Assembly: GCF_964204865.1 (NCBI RefSeq) | Contig: NC_135259.1 | Span: forward strand, 5,642,001 to 5,706,000 | Source: Styela clava | Lineage: Eukaryota | Direction of reading: 5' to 3' | Length of the DNA stretch: 64,000 bases | Shown: positions 41,973 through 56,394 of the stretch, piece after piece | Numbering within the stretch: the first letter of the stretch is position 1 | How the letters are laid out: every line of letters begins with the position of its first letter | Notes under the pieces: model-generated | The model's input: only the letters and a program-made list of their open reading frames with translations | What the model was told of the DNA's origin: nothing | The model's database searches: none | Made by a program: the position numbers and the translations under genes

Positions 41973-42799
41973 CCAGACCCGCTGGCGTAGGAGTCGTATT
42001 TTGAACCTTCACGGGGCTGAAACCCAAATCTCCGGAGTCTAATTTCAGACTTTCAACGGTGATAAGAGGAGAGGGAGAGATATTATTTCCACAAAACAAT
42101 GTTTTAAATAAATTAAAAAAGAACCGACAATATTACAGATTTTTTATCAAAATACAGTGCAGTGGATAATTTAAACGTTTAGTTGTGTAGGTCAGTATGC
42201 AAGACATTCGCAGGTCACCAAGGCTCCCGATCCCGACCATTTTGTTCACCGTGATTAGGCTTCAATAAGGTATTCATTAGATTGTGACGGTATAAAATAA
42301 AAATACAGAAAACGAGTCGAACAATTTTATTTCATTTTTTCTATGATTCGACAATATATAATCATGTTTATTGTGGAGTTCATGTGTGAAATTATACTAC
42401 ACTGTGATCTAGTACAATACTGATCACTTCCACAGAAACCTGGCTGGATATAAAAAATGAATAAACAGTATGGCGATAAGAATATCACAGATTCAATCAT
42501 TGAACAAAACTAGAACTTTATTACACCAATAATAATGTAAGTCATATTAATGGTATATATAAACGATTAAACTCCGCTGATATACAATCAGAAGTTGAAA
42601 ATGTGATGCACTACAGGTAAATATTAATACATGTTTTACCCTCGGGATATATATGTAAATCCTATCCTATCAATAATATTATTAATCGATCAGAAGGCAA
42701 TTATTTTGAGTATTGTGAGCTAGAGTTTTTTCATTTTCTTATCTTAGAAAACAATGACGGAGAGGAATTTTTTATTTCGAATGGGACATAACCCCAAAC

Positions 42800-43530
42800 C
42801 TGGACAGCATTATTTTTTAAGAATTTTTACCCAATATCAGTTGTACCCTGAGATAGGAAATAAGACCTGGTTTTCTTCGATCTAGTACCATATTTATGTA
42901 CCTCTTGTGTAAAATAGTCCCTAAAGGCAGGGGGAAGAAAACCATTTTCACATAAATTTTGACGTATAAGTTATGACGCATAAATTTTGCTATTTCCGAA
43001 GTATGCATTTTTGACATCTGTAGAATTGCATGCTGACAATAAAGTTGGAGGTTGGTTGGGCAACTTTTCTCAGCAAACGATATGCACCTTAGACCTTGGT
43101 ACTTTATATTTTAGAACTTGGATTGTCTGTAATGAAGACTTAGATGCTGATCCCCAACTAAGAATTCCATATTGCAATCGCGAGTGAAACAGGCTATTGT
43201 AAACTGCTTTTAGAGTTTTAAAATTCAAAATGTGTCTTAAAAAATACCAACGGATGACATGTCATCTGCAGATAGCGTTGAATGAAAGGAAGATGCAGCT
43301 GGTAGATCAGTTATACAACATGAAAGTAGCAAAGGGCCAATTGTGGAACCCTGTGGAACTCCGCATTTGATAAAGCCCAGTTCAGAGACATATTTGCTAT
43401 TCTCAACGTATTGCTGTCGCCCGCTCAAATAAGACGCCATGAGATTAAAAGAATTCTCTCTAATACCGTAATGGCGTAATTTATCAAGTAAAATTGAGTG
43501 GGTAACGTATTTCGTGCGATCTCCCCGCAC
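42800..43530 (-). mobile_element. LINE (CR1/L2-type) reverse transcriptase remnant
   Basis: VTHSILLDKLRHYGIR...SYLSGRQQYV...CGVPQGSTIGPLL...ITDLP...SADD. Confidence 0.85.
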
Positions 43531-44160
43531 GAAAATTTTATATTAGTGAGTTCATTTTACCTCTGTATTTACAACACTACCCTCTGGTGCGTTACATGGG
43601 GAGAAATTCCTTCCGTTTCTGCCGAGCATGAAACCTGATAATTGTAGCAGATTGAGATTTAAAAAAAAAAATAGAATGTCTAGTCTTCAGCTTTTTTTGA
43701 GACTTGTTGGTAGAACACCACGACTTTTCGTATCTATCCAGAGAATTTTTATCTGTTAATTTCTGAACTGAATCGGATGCAAAAATAACCCGCGGGCATT
43801 TTGATAATTATGCTGTTAGTGTTAGGTACCGGTAAATTGACCGGAGTGACACGTTGCACTAGATTACGGGAGGGAAATTTCGAGATATCTGTAATAGGTA
43901 GTTATATTTTGATTTGGTTTATTTATAGGAGAACATCGAGGCAACATATAGTGCTCAACTTAATATTCGGAAAAACTTACGCAGTATAGCTCGCCTGCCT
44001 CCTTTAAATTCAGTAGCAGCTAGGTGTAATTTGCGTTGTTTTGCTCCTCTCTTTCAATATACCCAATTAAACATCTATATTTTAAATATATTAGTCCAGG
44101 TAGCTGCGTGTCGTATTTGTTATTCTTTATGCGTGAGTTTAATAAGGTCGAAATTTAAGC

Positions 44161-47100
44161 ATGAGACTGATCGTCGTTTGGCTTTCGTCTTTTATTCTTG
44201 TCTGTGCTGAAAATATAGATGAAAATCCAAAGCGATATCTTCTCTACGATTGCAACCCAGGAGAGGGATTTAATTTACGAAGAGATGTGTATATAAGAAT
44301 GTCAAATTTGGTTAAGGCATTGAGGTAAGTTTGCACCAAACTTGAACTTTTTTTTAGAATGCAGAACTCGAAATTAAAACAGAAGACATAGCAAAATGTC
44401 GATGGCCGGATCGTGTAGTTCCTTTATGTGTCTGTGGTCCGAAATCTAACGTTTCATGTCAATATACTTGGTCAGCGTGCTGAAGCTGAATACTAGACCA
44501 TTTGTATCCTATGAAATGGGTTGCCATAATTTATTTTAGAGATGACGGCAAGAAAGACCAAAACTGGGTTTTGGTGTTACCGCCATGGGGCCGAATCCGA
44601 TATCATTGGGACGAGGAAGAAATGGAAGAAAGTAAAATAGCATGGAAATCTTTCTTCAATGTAGAAAGTTTATCATATCACGTTCCCGTAATGGAATACG
44701 AGGATTATGTCGAAGAAATCGGGGAACCGAAAGTAGACGAAATTTGGTATTTACAGGTAGGTCTCGCAATCGTATTATTGAATCTCGTTGTATTATTAGA
44801 TTGAGATCATCAGCCATTAGGTATAATTTTAAATCTTCACTTATTGACCAATCATTCATTAAGGGTTTAAATACAATCAATATTATTGCGGTTACTAGTT
44901 GATTGCTGATCAATCATAATGATGTTGTTTAAAACTCGATTGTTATTTCTATTTTGATTAATTGCTGTGATTTTCGTTCAATTTACAGTGCTGACATCGT
45001 ACACCGTTAGGCCGCAAATACGCAATACACCTTTTTCTGCTTTCAATTGAATAATTTTCTGTTTATATCAGTAAAAAACAAGTATTTGCTTGAACTCGTG
45101 AACGAACCCTGTCATTTTTGCGTGATTATCATGATTTGCGAGATTCAAGACTCTCGCTGCACGCTAACACAAAACTCTTGGGATCGCATACCAACATTTC
45201 ATGCTAGCAGTATAATTAGTTTATCACATCCCTTCTATTGGTAGATTAGGAAAGTATTTCATAATTTTATTTCGTATTTTGTTCGCAGAGATTCAAGGAA
45301 GGTTGGAAAGACGGTAAGTTTGAAGAAAAAATACACGAAAGAGAATGCAATGATCCTGCCGTGTATGAATCGGACAACGAAGGAAAGATTCGTGGATGGT
45401 TCTGGGGATATTTTGAAACCTATGCTACAAAATTTAAATGCGTTTCTTCCCAAGGTACATCAAAGTAAGTGAAACGTCATTGCAGTTTTTTACCCCTCTG
45501 TAGTACTCTATGCAACTATCTGCCGTGAATGAGTCAAATCACGAAACTTGTATTTCTTACTTTTTTTTAGTATCAACGTCGGCAATTTATTCCGCTATTG
45601 TAGTTAATTTATTATTTGTTTTAAAAGTACAACATCGACAAAATGCCGGATTTCCTTTATTATTACAGCCCGCTATTGAAATGAATTTACACTATGCTTT
45701 TATTATGACATTTAGAACTTGACTTGTATTTAGAATTAATTAAAAAAAATAATTTATACGATGAAAAGGATGAATTCATTATTTGTATGAAGTATTAGAA
45801 AATTATGAATGTGAAAAAACAATCAGATGGTTAGGATCTGGACCGACTAAAATTCGGCTTTAGCTCCTGCGCCAACTAAATGTCTCGGCTCCTCAGCCCC
45901 GCTGTTAAATTAATCACTTGTGAACAATCGATACGCAAACCTAACCAGAATCTCACCAAAAAGTGTCAGAAATTAAGCGTTAAGAAATTAACTTTTTATA
46001 ACCGTCGATTAATTGAATCTTCGTTTTCGAGTCCCAAAAATCTCAGCATTGTAATCTGAAAATGTATTAATAAAAACCGTACTAACATCTTACATCATAT
46101 TTTGTAGAGTTTTAATACGCCCTTTGAACGGGGGTAACACAACAGCAAGATCTGTGTTCCTGGATCGTGGAGAAACCGTTATGCATGAAATGTTTGGCGG
46201 AAAAAATTACTGGGACTCTAGAAGAAGCATGGTATTTGCAAAACACTTGCGACAAGAAGCTGCTGAAATTAGAAAGAAGTATCTAGATTCCGACGACGAG
46301 AGAGACAACACTTACAGGCCTGACGATTGGAGAACGCCAAAGGTGACGACCCCCCTCCCTGTTTTTCCTCCAATTTACTTTAATAATACATGATGGCCGA
46401 AAAACAGAGCTCATGAATTTCCTAATTACTTCTACGAAAATGACAAAAATTTACTCAACACTCGGAACTTCTGTTTGTATATGATTGTACCAAAAAGTTT
46501 CAGTAATCTAGGACGCTTTTCATAACGTCTAGAATATGTTCCAAATGGCCTGGGTTCTATTTTTCGAGGTCACACTGTACCACGTTTTTTCTGCTCGGTG
46601 TTTCCGTCGGACCAACAGTTTAAAATAGCCCTCAAGATGACGATTTTATCTTTTAGCCGAAACAATGTTTTTATGTAGACAATAAATCCACGTTTGATTT
46701 CTGAAATAATGATCATGGTCGAAGATTATGCTAATCCGTTGTAAATATATTTGATAAAATTCAGAATTTTAAATTTTGACTTCTCTTTGACTTAAAATTA
46801 CTTTTCAGATTGAACCTGGCACTGCCAAAGGAGGTCCATATATAGCAGCACACCTGAGACGGAAAGATTTTCTTTATGCAAGAAAAGAAAAAGTTCCTTC
46901 GATCGAAAACACTGCTAAGAAGTTGAAAGAACTCATGAAAAAATACGAGGTACCGGTATACATATTATACCATTGGGTCATAATTACCAGTCAGAAGCAT
47001 GTACAAAGTGGATTAGAAGCCTTTATATACATTGAATGTTGGTTTTGCCAATATTTTTATTTCTGTATTAAGTATTCTGATGCGATTTAAGCTAATTTTA

Positions 47101-48439
47101 TTGTGATTTGAAATTCGTCGGGTTGACCAATAATGGCCATCATAAAGCGTATAAGATATTTCAACAGAAGGTTTTATCATCATATACCAGCCGATTATAT
47201 TCATACGAACGCGTGTTCGTGTTGACCTTACTCTTGCGATTAAAATAATTTTGAATTTGCTTTCATATACACTGGATCACGACATGTATGTTAAGCCCTA
47301 GCTAGAGACTTTGCTGTACTAGGGCTTACCATACATGCCGTAATCAACATTGTTTCAGAACTAAACTTCAAAACTAAACTCTAGGTTTCCAAAGTATTCG
47401 TCGCTTCAGATGGCACCAAAGAAGAGATGAGCGAATTAAAGGAACTTGTACCTGAAGTAGTTATGTACGAAGGCACAAAAGAACGGGAAAAACGATTAAA
47501 GAAAGGCGGAGTTGCAATTGTTGATCAAATCATATGTTCATATGCAAGGTATGATTTTCTTATGTTATTTGCAGCCTGTTGGCTTTGTATTTACAATATT
47601 TTAATTATGATATGTATGCTTCTATGCCTAGGATAAATAGCCCAAACAAATTAGTTTAATTTTAAAGGCTGCAAATTCTGTAAGTCGAGAAATACGGCTT
47701 CCTCAGAATCTCTGACTGGGGTCTTGCAATTTCCTGAAGTTTCATATATATATCAGACGTCCTGGTGTTGCGAGTCGAAATTCTGAATTGTCGGGAGTCG
47801 GAGACGTACATGAGACTTTCAGTGTTGATAAAATAAGTCGTCGAAACTTTCCATTAAAACATCCCGTTGAATGGGTCTTGTTTTCGTCATCAATATTATT
47901 TTTTGGATGCTGTAGTCGGAATCAAAATTCCCCTCAACCCGGACTCGGGGGTCAGATTCGATAGTAAATCATATCTGACTCAAATTCACCCATCTCTTAA
48001 AAGTACTTCTAACCCTAAAATTACCTTTTCAAAACCGCTGCAAATTCAAATTTCCTTACAAAATGAGTACCTCATCAAATCAGGATATATATTGTGAAGT
48101 AATGAATTTACTCAAATAGTGTGATATTGCAATTTGGGATGAGGAAATAATTTAATCTAAACGCATATGCATTAATGCCATTGAAAACGTCCAATACTAA
48201 TATCCCAATTCACTGTTTTTATTGGGCCTTCCCCCCTTTTCTCAATACAATTCAGATATTTCATCGGAACAAGTGAATCCACATTTTCCTTCCGTATTCA
48301 AGAAGAACGAGAGATCATGGGGTTCGACAGAGATACAACATTTAATAGGTTATGTGGTGACGAAGAAGGTGACGATTGTCAACAACCGAGCAGATGGAAA
48401 ATTGCTTGGGAAAGCGATAGAGAAATTTGGGAGAGATAG
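44161..48439 (+). CDS. POFUT2: GDP-fucose protein O-fucosyltransferase 2, 426 aa; exons 44161-44324, 44540-44756, 45289-45464, 46108-46342, 46809-46949, 47385-47548, 48256-48439
   Basis: Signal peptide, [97 protein letters not shown]. Confidence 0.95.
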
Positions 48440-49364
48440 CAATTCTAATTTCATTTTGATCTCTGAATCTGCACAATCTACTATACTACATCGTTATTAT
48501 TACGTAACAAGCAAATCACGCCTCTGGAGATAATCTGCAATACGTTTATATTCTTAGCTCAATTTATAATAGCCTATCAGGTATTTCTTAAAAAGTAGAT
48601 GTACTTTATTGCTACAAAGAATACCGTCACAGTTGGTTTTCTATTTCAAGTGATGGGGTTTTATTAGAAGAGGGCGAGAAGTGAAGCGCGAATATATCAT
48701 ATAGGTTATAATTCTGGACTTGAGTATTTGGCAAATATGATGTCACGATCGAGTTGAGCAATATAGTAGAAATTCTCTTCACACGTCGATGTATTTGCGC
48801 TGAGATGTACCTTTTCGTTTTTGAAATATGCATTTGTTTTGGGAGTCTTCGTTCTCAGCATTCATTGTTGTGAAACGCAGTAAAGAAAAAAATAGCCCCC
48901 ACGAGAAATCTTGACTGTGTGCAGCCAATTCCCCGCCTTTAAAAGTTCATGCGACGAATATGACCATTTACCTGTCTCTACCGGCTGTTTAACTAGAAAT
49001 TGGAAACCAGATTCCTGGAGTATTTTTTAAAGCACGATTTTGTTGACATCATTTTACTCTAACAACTCTTTTTCCACGCTGGGTCATGGAACTGCCCTGG
49101 TTCATGGTGACTGACAGGTATGAAAAGAATCAGCTCAATAAAATGAAGGAAATAAAAATTTCCGTAAAATGGCTTGTGGAACGATTGACAGCAAGCAATT
49201 AATATTGGTGTGGCACTATGGGACCAGAGTTATATTTCTAAACTATCAGTCGAAATTGTGAAGTTTAATTTTTTTAAAATACAATAGTCTAAATTTCCTT
49301 CAGATGATAAAAAGACATCTCGCATTGAAAACTTGCGTTCATGACAAAAGTACTTATGCTGTAT

Positions 49365-52080
49365 TCATCGACCAAGGGGGTTGTCTATAGCTAATGGTTT
49401 TGCTTTCCTTTTGGGATAAGGCTTACGATAGAATTCTCCTTCACGATAAACAAGATCTGGCGATCCAAACAATGCAATCCTTGCCGCTTGTCCATAAATC
49501 GAATCAAATGTGCGAAGTCTCTCGTCGTCCCAATCATCTAACTTTATATCATATTCGGTTTCTAGAATAGCTTTTGGGTGAATGTGAAGAAAATAATTGT
49601 CTTCTACAGAAAAATGGGCGCTCGTTGTTGAATCGAGGCCGTCAAGATATGGGTTCGGACGATTAAAGAGAATTTCGTCCATGTGAACAATATTCGTTTC
49701 CTTGTTTTCTAAATAAATGCTGTATGGAACCACAAGACCCCAGAATGCAAGACTTCTTCTTTTGACTGGATCATATGATTTGTACATGTTTATCCACACA
49801 TTGATAAAAGTTGAATCTTGCTCGCTGAATATAATTCCGTTGCTTGCTTTGTCGCTTTTCGATCTGTTTGAAAGATGACAAAATATAAAAATGCCGAAGA
49901 AACAGCCAATAACCGTCGAATTCGAGTAATAATTCAACATTCTTCTTCAATTTGACCTCAAGACTCGAAGTTTTAAGTGGACACAATTGTGATAAAAGTT
50001 AGCGACATGGTCTCGTAGTCAGATTTTAATATAATATTTGTGTTGGCAACGCAGGTTACGGATCTCGGGCGGACGTTCGCCAGCAAGCTTTGGTAAATGG
50101 ATACACAACGACGTACCGGGAATATTCTATAATATAAATAATAGCTTATTACTTATAGGTGGATGCCCCCCGTGCCTCCCGCAAACGCCCAAAATAAAAA
50201 GAAAATAGTAATAGGGTTAGAGATGCAGATTTCGCTGAAAATTCAATTTTTTAAAATAATCCCAACCTGATGATTACTAATTTGTTATTAAAAAACGTGA
50301 CGTTTTTTGCATGAGTGGCGGGGACTTTGTACAAAAGATCCAAAAAATGTTGAGTACAAATGAAGAATTCAGTCAAGCCACTCGCATTTCAGAAAAGAAA
50401 TCCCAAGCGCAAACTCTAAGAAATGCGCAAAAACCTTTTACGGGTATGATTCGTTCGAAGATATATTTTTCCGTAAACGGAATTTTCAAAAATGTAATTC
50501 TGGGAACTTTACCTATTTTAAGTATTGTATTTGTTAGGAGTAAGCGGGGGTAGTTATATTCGCTAATGATGTAGTTTGCAGCGAAGATCTTCCCACACAA
50601 GGCTGATTTCGACAACTGTGATCCAAGTGCGAACTCTGCTCTTGATTGGGCTATTCTGTCAAACTGTAAAACCTCAATAATATTCACACTTACCGCCCAA
50701 CAGCTGATTGGTGAATACGAATCGGATCCAGAGATTTCAAAGTTATGACGTCGAAGTCAAGATAAATTCCACCTTGTTCTTTAAGTATCTGAAGTCTTGC
50801 AACATCCGATTTGAAGAGATCTTTATCGATCTAGAAAATCAGGATTGATATAGTGTTTAGAGTAGAAAATATGAAAAGTTAAGAGAAGATTAATACTGAT
50901 TAAATTAAATAATATTTCATCAAAAAACAGAAATGCCGACCATAAATCGATTTTTTTCCTTCAAAATATAAATCACCAAAACGTCAAGTATTCGTCAAGT
51001 ATATATATATATTTTCTATTTTTGCGTTTTTTATTCTTTAATCGGTGAAGTTGCCTATTGATGCTGTTGACTAGATTTAGTTTTCGACAAAATTGTTTAT
51101 TATTAGAGAAGAGGCAATTTCTTCAAAAGAATTATTTTATAGAGAAGGGGCAATTTTAGCAACGTTAAAAAAATTTCCTTCATTTTTTATTTATGTATTG
51201 GAAATTGAGTTATTAAACTTATTTGTTTTAGTGAATTAGGCGAACTTGCATATAAGAGAAAGATTTTATGGTACAGTGTTAGGAAATTTTAATTTGTGAT
51301 TGGTTCCAACGGCTTAAAATCGTTTGTGGCGCACAATTTTTGTTTTAAAGAACGTTAAATTTAATCCCCTAATATCTCACCAAGCATTAAATTTCGCACG
51401 TCACAATTCATCTTATTTTACACTAACAATCTGCTACGTCCGTGCAATAGCTGAAGCAAATTCTAATCATATATATAATATTCAACGTATCTTGCCTGCT
51501 TTTCAAATACATCATCTGGAGCTCTCATCTTTACCATTTCAATGCACGGTATTTCACGTCTTATTCTTTCCCATATCTCACCTGAAATAAAACGAAATAA
51601 TAGTTAATTCGCATGTGTTGTATACGCACTTAGAATCTTTTATAACTTCTCACCTCCTTCGAATACATCTGAATTATAATGAATTTGGATGACGCTCGGT
51701 CTTTGAATACTTGCAACAGATCTGAGTGCGAGGTATTGATAATACTGTGATACATTGAATTTAGGTCCAAACCAAATGAAGTGTACTATGTCCGGGACTA
51801 AATAATGTTTTCCAGAAGGGTCCGCAACTGGGCATCCTTTTTTGCAGCCACCACAAGATATATCCGTGTACGGCAGTCTATCACAAACAACATAACCTTC
51901 AGCTGAATCAGGTTGTCTGCAGCCTGCTCTTTGTCGTGCCCTTCGCACAAGTTCGTTATGGTACGTTAAATTATGCGATGCCACATCGCGATGGTGTTTT
52001 TCAGTGGGAACCATCAAAAACTTTACAGTAAATCCACATATGAGTATAAAGAATATAGTCTTTTTTATGATTTTGTACAT
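49365..52080 (-). CDS. GT32-family DXD glycosyltransferase (A4GNT/A4GALT-like), type II membrane, 382 aa; exons 52080-51654, 51581-51496, 50830-50694, 49863-49365
   Basis: N-terminal TM segment, VPDIVHFIWF, LALRSVA, KSDVARLQILKEQGGIYLDFDV (DXD), and ASNGIIF. Intron 2 is best explained as GC-AG. Confidence 0.87.
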
Positions 52081-55000
52081 CTTCCAGCGTGGTCGGAAAT
52101 ATCTACGATACCAATTTATGTACAGTTTTTTGATGGTTAGAATTAACATTTCAAAATAATTCTATATATAACAGTCATAAAAAAATAAATATAAACTATA
52201 ATCTGGCTAATAAACTATATATATAACATATATATTGTATATTTGACAATATATATTAACTTTTATAAACTTGATTTAAGAAAACTTCCGGTTGAAGCAC
52301 AATTACTGTTGTGTAGTTTTGCCGTTTAACTCTTTTGGTTTTCTCAATTTATCGGATTCACTATACCTTCATTTTTAAACTCATTGGGGAGTACAAAATG
52401 ACGGTTCAGTGGACAAAATGCACCTATACTTGTCCTCGTGCCAGTTCGCTAATTGGTTACTTCATTGCTATCCTTCAAAAATTTCTTTAGTTGATTGACG
52501 CAAAAGTTAATTCTGATAACGCCAAAGTAATTAGAAGGAACAGAATGCCTGTCTCAAACCGTAAGATAAATGCAGACATGTCCTTTAAATTGAATCCCAA
52601 CTGCAAACCTTTAATGCGGTGTGCATAAAATATAGTGCCTATTACAATGTATCTATTTACAAAATACATTTCCGTTTACACGCCGTTACCAATGATACCT
52701 AGAATAAATTTCAGTCAGAGCGTGATTCTGTTGGAAACATCCAAGCATGTATACTCAATTTAACAGTATAGCAGATGCAAACTTCGACTATACGAATCAT
52801 CCCTGCTGTAATTTTTAGATATACTGTAATTATTCATGTATGCGCAGCTCTTCAAATAATGCTATTAATTTATGCATATATATAGCCTATAATCTCAAAA
52901 ATATATAATACGCATATCCAAGAATGTTTTTTTCTACAACAAACTGATTTGCTTCGAATCGCAACCGTGTTGAAAAGGGTGAACTGAGAAAATTTCGAAA
53001 GGGTTGACTTTGTAGTTTACATTGGAACCTGCATCCAATGAGCATAGGCTATGCTTTGTTGACGTTTTTATTTTTTTCATTTTTTATTTATTCAATTAAT
53101 ATATGCTTTGATGTGACAATATATTGCCATATTTCTGAAAAATATTGTGTTTTCGACTTGATTTCTATTCCGCCTACGCCTGTCGTTTACTAGTCCAATC
53201 AGAGTAAACTCAGTAAAATGGACGGTTTTCTTATAACTGGTGTATATCTTATTTCTATATAATGATAGAATAGCAATGCCACCATTCATATTTGAAGAAT
53301 TTGAATATATACCGGTATATATATGAGGCCAATCAAATGTTGATGTGCATACTCAGCCAATAAAATATGCAACTACGGCGATGTGTTTGATATCAGAGAT
53401 ATACATAAGAACCAAACTCTTGAAACTCTATTTCAATTTAATTTTAAAATAAATTTCTATATCACACCAGGCAACAACACGCGGTGAAGTTGCTTTCATA
53501 TTTGAGAAAGGGAATATTTATGAATAGTGCCTATAAAGCGAAAAAGGGTCTGTAAAAACGCTACGATTTATTAAAAGCCCGATGTTTGATGCCATTGTGG
53601 CATCATTCAGTACATACTTCTGCTTGTTTTGCGCGTGGCTGAATATGCATGTACACCCACGCGCACAAAATACATATCATAAGTTTAAAATCTTAGCAAC
53701 TCAATATTTTTCACTTGTGATTAGTCACTCGTCATGCTATTTATAAATAACGCTGTTGCTGTGTAGCGCAGGGTCGTATGAACCATCAATGGCAAATGCC
53801 CAATGAAAACAGTCAGGATGGTTTTGAATGTGGGCCCCTGATAAATTTAAAGTTGATAAAATCACAGCTATGGTCCTTGGAAGCGTCACGCTTTAATGTC
53901 ACAAAACTATGGTAACCCTATTTATAATGTACGTCACGTAACCAACCCCAATCGTTGAAATTAGTCCATAATAACTTAACGAGGATGCTTGCTGATATTT
54001 GAGATTATATCTAATTTGCCACATGTAATTTATCTATTTTAGTGGAATAATGCAAATTATTCAGCAATAATTATATTTTAAATGGAATAGGCTCGAAACG
54101 ATGGGAAATAAAATTCTAGCTGGATTGTGCGTTAACAATTTTTATGATCTAAGCATGCGCTTCTGTTTCATTGTTTACACTTTAAACTCTTGTTTGTATA
54201 CCGTGCACCGTTAAGACTGGTGACGGATTTTATCATTGTACCGGTCTCCATGTTCACTTGATCATTGACATTTTTTCATTATTTACACTGTACCTTTATT
54301 CTGCTTCGTTGTTTCATTGCGACAAAGGCAGGTCGAAGCGTGATTCCATTTTGAGAAATACCTAAAACAATTAAAGTAATTTTGTAAGCGAGAATCAGAA
54401 TTAATTATGTGCTCTTTATTTTTGTTCTCAAACTTAAATTGAGCAAACAAACGAGCAATAATCGTTCGTAGTTATCTTCTTGTTGAGATAAACAAATACG
54501 AATCGGCAAAGATTAATGCTATCTATTTTTTAATCAGGTTACGTATCTGAGGAGCTTACTTCAGAACATTATATCAAATTGTTCAGGCTCAGACCAGGTA
54601 AGATCAAAGAACAGCTGTTAAATTGATGTCAGATAGTAATCAGACAGAGTAAGCACATTCTAATATAATTTGCTTATCAATACATCGCTGTATGTATTCG
54701 ACAAAATACACACTAAATAAATATATTCCCATACAACATCGACATAATATCCCATCATGATTATATTCGTCGTTTTTAAATTGCGAATGCCTTTTCCAGA
54801 GTAAAACCGGTTTAAAATTTTCTAAAAATGATATTAGTTTGATTTTTTTAATCGGGCTAATAAATCTTGTCCCAAATATTTACCGTTTAACTTAAAGGGT
54901 AAAAAATTAAAATACGATAAAAAATATGACTTTGTATAAATTGGAAACACGTTAACCTTAAAAACAAAATTGATCTATCTGAGTAAAAGAAAATCTAAGA

Positions 55001-55822
55001 ATAATTATAAACTTTACTTTCGAATATTTTTTGTCGTAAAATCATCTCCAAATCGTAATAATAATTTGATTTATCAGTAATGTTTCATATATCAGTATTT
55101 GGACCCCCATCTCCAGCGACTAGAAACGAGTATTAAGACTTCGATTTTTCTGGTGCAATAAAGTTTTTTTTACAAAATTAAGTTACCGAATAAAGTTTTT
55201 TCAAATGCAGGCGGCTATAAATTATGAAAAAAAAGTTTTCATCATCAACAACATTTTTTCAACTTCGTTTTTTATTCGCCAAATTTTCTCAGTCCCAAAG
55301 CCCGCAGTTTCAATATTCTGAAATACGTCTGGCGACGTTAGGTTATAATGAACTTATAAAATAGTTTGCACTTCTGATAACTCAGACAAATAATAATGAC
55401 GTCATGAATTGTTTGCATGAATGTTGTTCACGTATTTTGCACGTGGCCCTCAGTAAATATCCGATACATCTCCGTTCGATGTAAATATGTTTATCGGAGG
55501 CTTTCGCCGATATTCTATCAACGTTCAGACCAATCCTCGGAACATATTATACTCCATATGCATATGGTACAATATTTGCTGCCATTTTTAAAGTTGAAAA
55601 GAAAGAAATTTGAAAAAAATAATTTGAGATATTCATTTAAAAAAGTAGAATGGTACTATGACTTCTTTTAGACAAAAATTTGAACCCGTAACCATAGGTC
55701 CGAACTTGGACAAACTCCAGAACGATGTTTCAAGTGGCTCTGAAGTTAGGGTCAATTAAATAGCATTAATCACCTTCGACGGCTTACGTTAAACACGCTT
55801 GAAAGTATTTAGTGACTGTCTC

Positions 55823-56394
55823 GCGTGCACATACCGTGTTCACGAAGTTCTGTCGTGCGTGTTCCCAACTTAAACTTAGTAAAGTTAGTGAATCTGATAT
55901 TTTCTTACACTTAAGTTTGCACACGCACACATGCGTACTTTGCGCAAAATTTTTATATTCTAGTAAATATTTGTTCTTTTGCGAACCAACCCCACAAAAA
56001 TGATAGTTATTTCATGTAATGTTCGTCTAAAATGGGTAATGCAGTTTTCTGGGTAATCTGAAAAATATTTTTGACTCTTTCATTAACATACGTTTTAAAT
56101 CTGTGATGTAGACTCCAAATACGATCACGTTATCTGTTGGCAGCAATTTTATCAAAATTGATCCACCATGATATAACTCTGTCCCAAATCAGAAAACGTT
56201 TTCAGATTTGTTAAGACAAAGAAGGAAAGCGCTTGGACCATTGATGGCCGTACTAGGTTTATGTTAAATTATATTAGTCTCGCAAGAAACACAAAAGTCT
56301 GTTCATTGTCAGAAATTTTCCTCTATTGCGGGTGCCTTGCGCAATGTTTGCGCAAAATTTTTGGGTTAAATATACGTCTTGGACATTTGCACAC
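55823..56394. promoter_or_regulatory. Cluster of metal-response-element cores (TGCRCNC) upstream of ZnT1
   Basis: TGCACGC (-, 55823-55829), and TTTGCACACG at 55916-55925 and 56386-56395. Confidence 0.5.

Noticed and set aside
44161-52080. Functional glycosylation cluster (POFUT2 plus GT32)
   Set aside because: Unrelated folds, convergent orientation and no sign of co-regulation; adjacency alone is not evidence.
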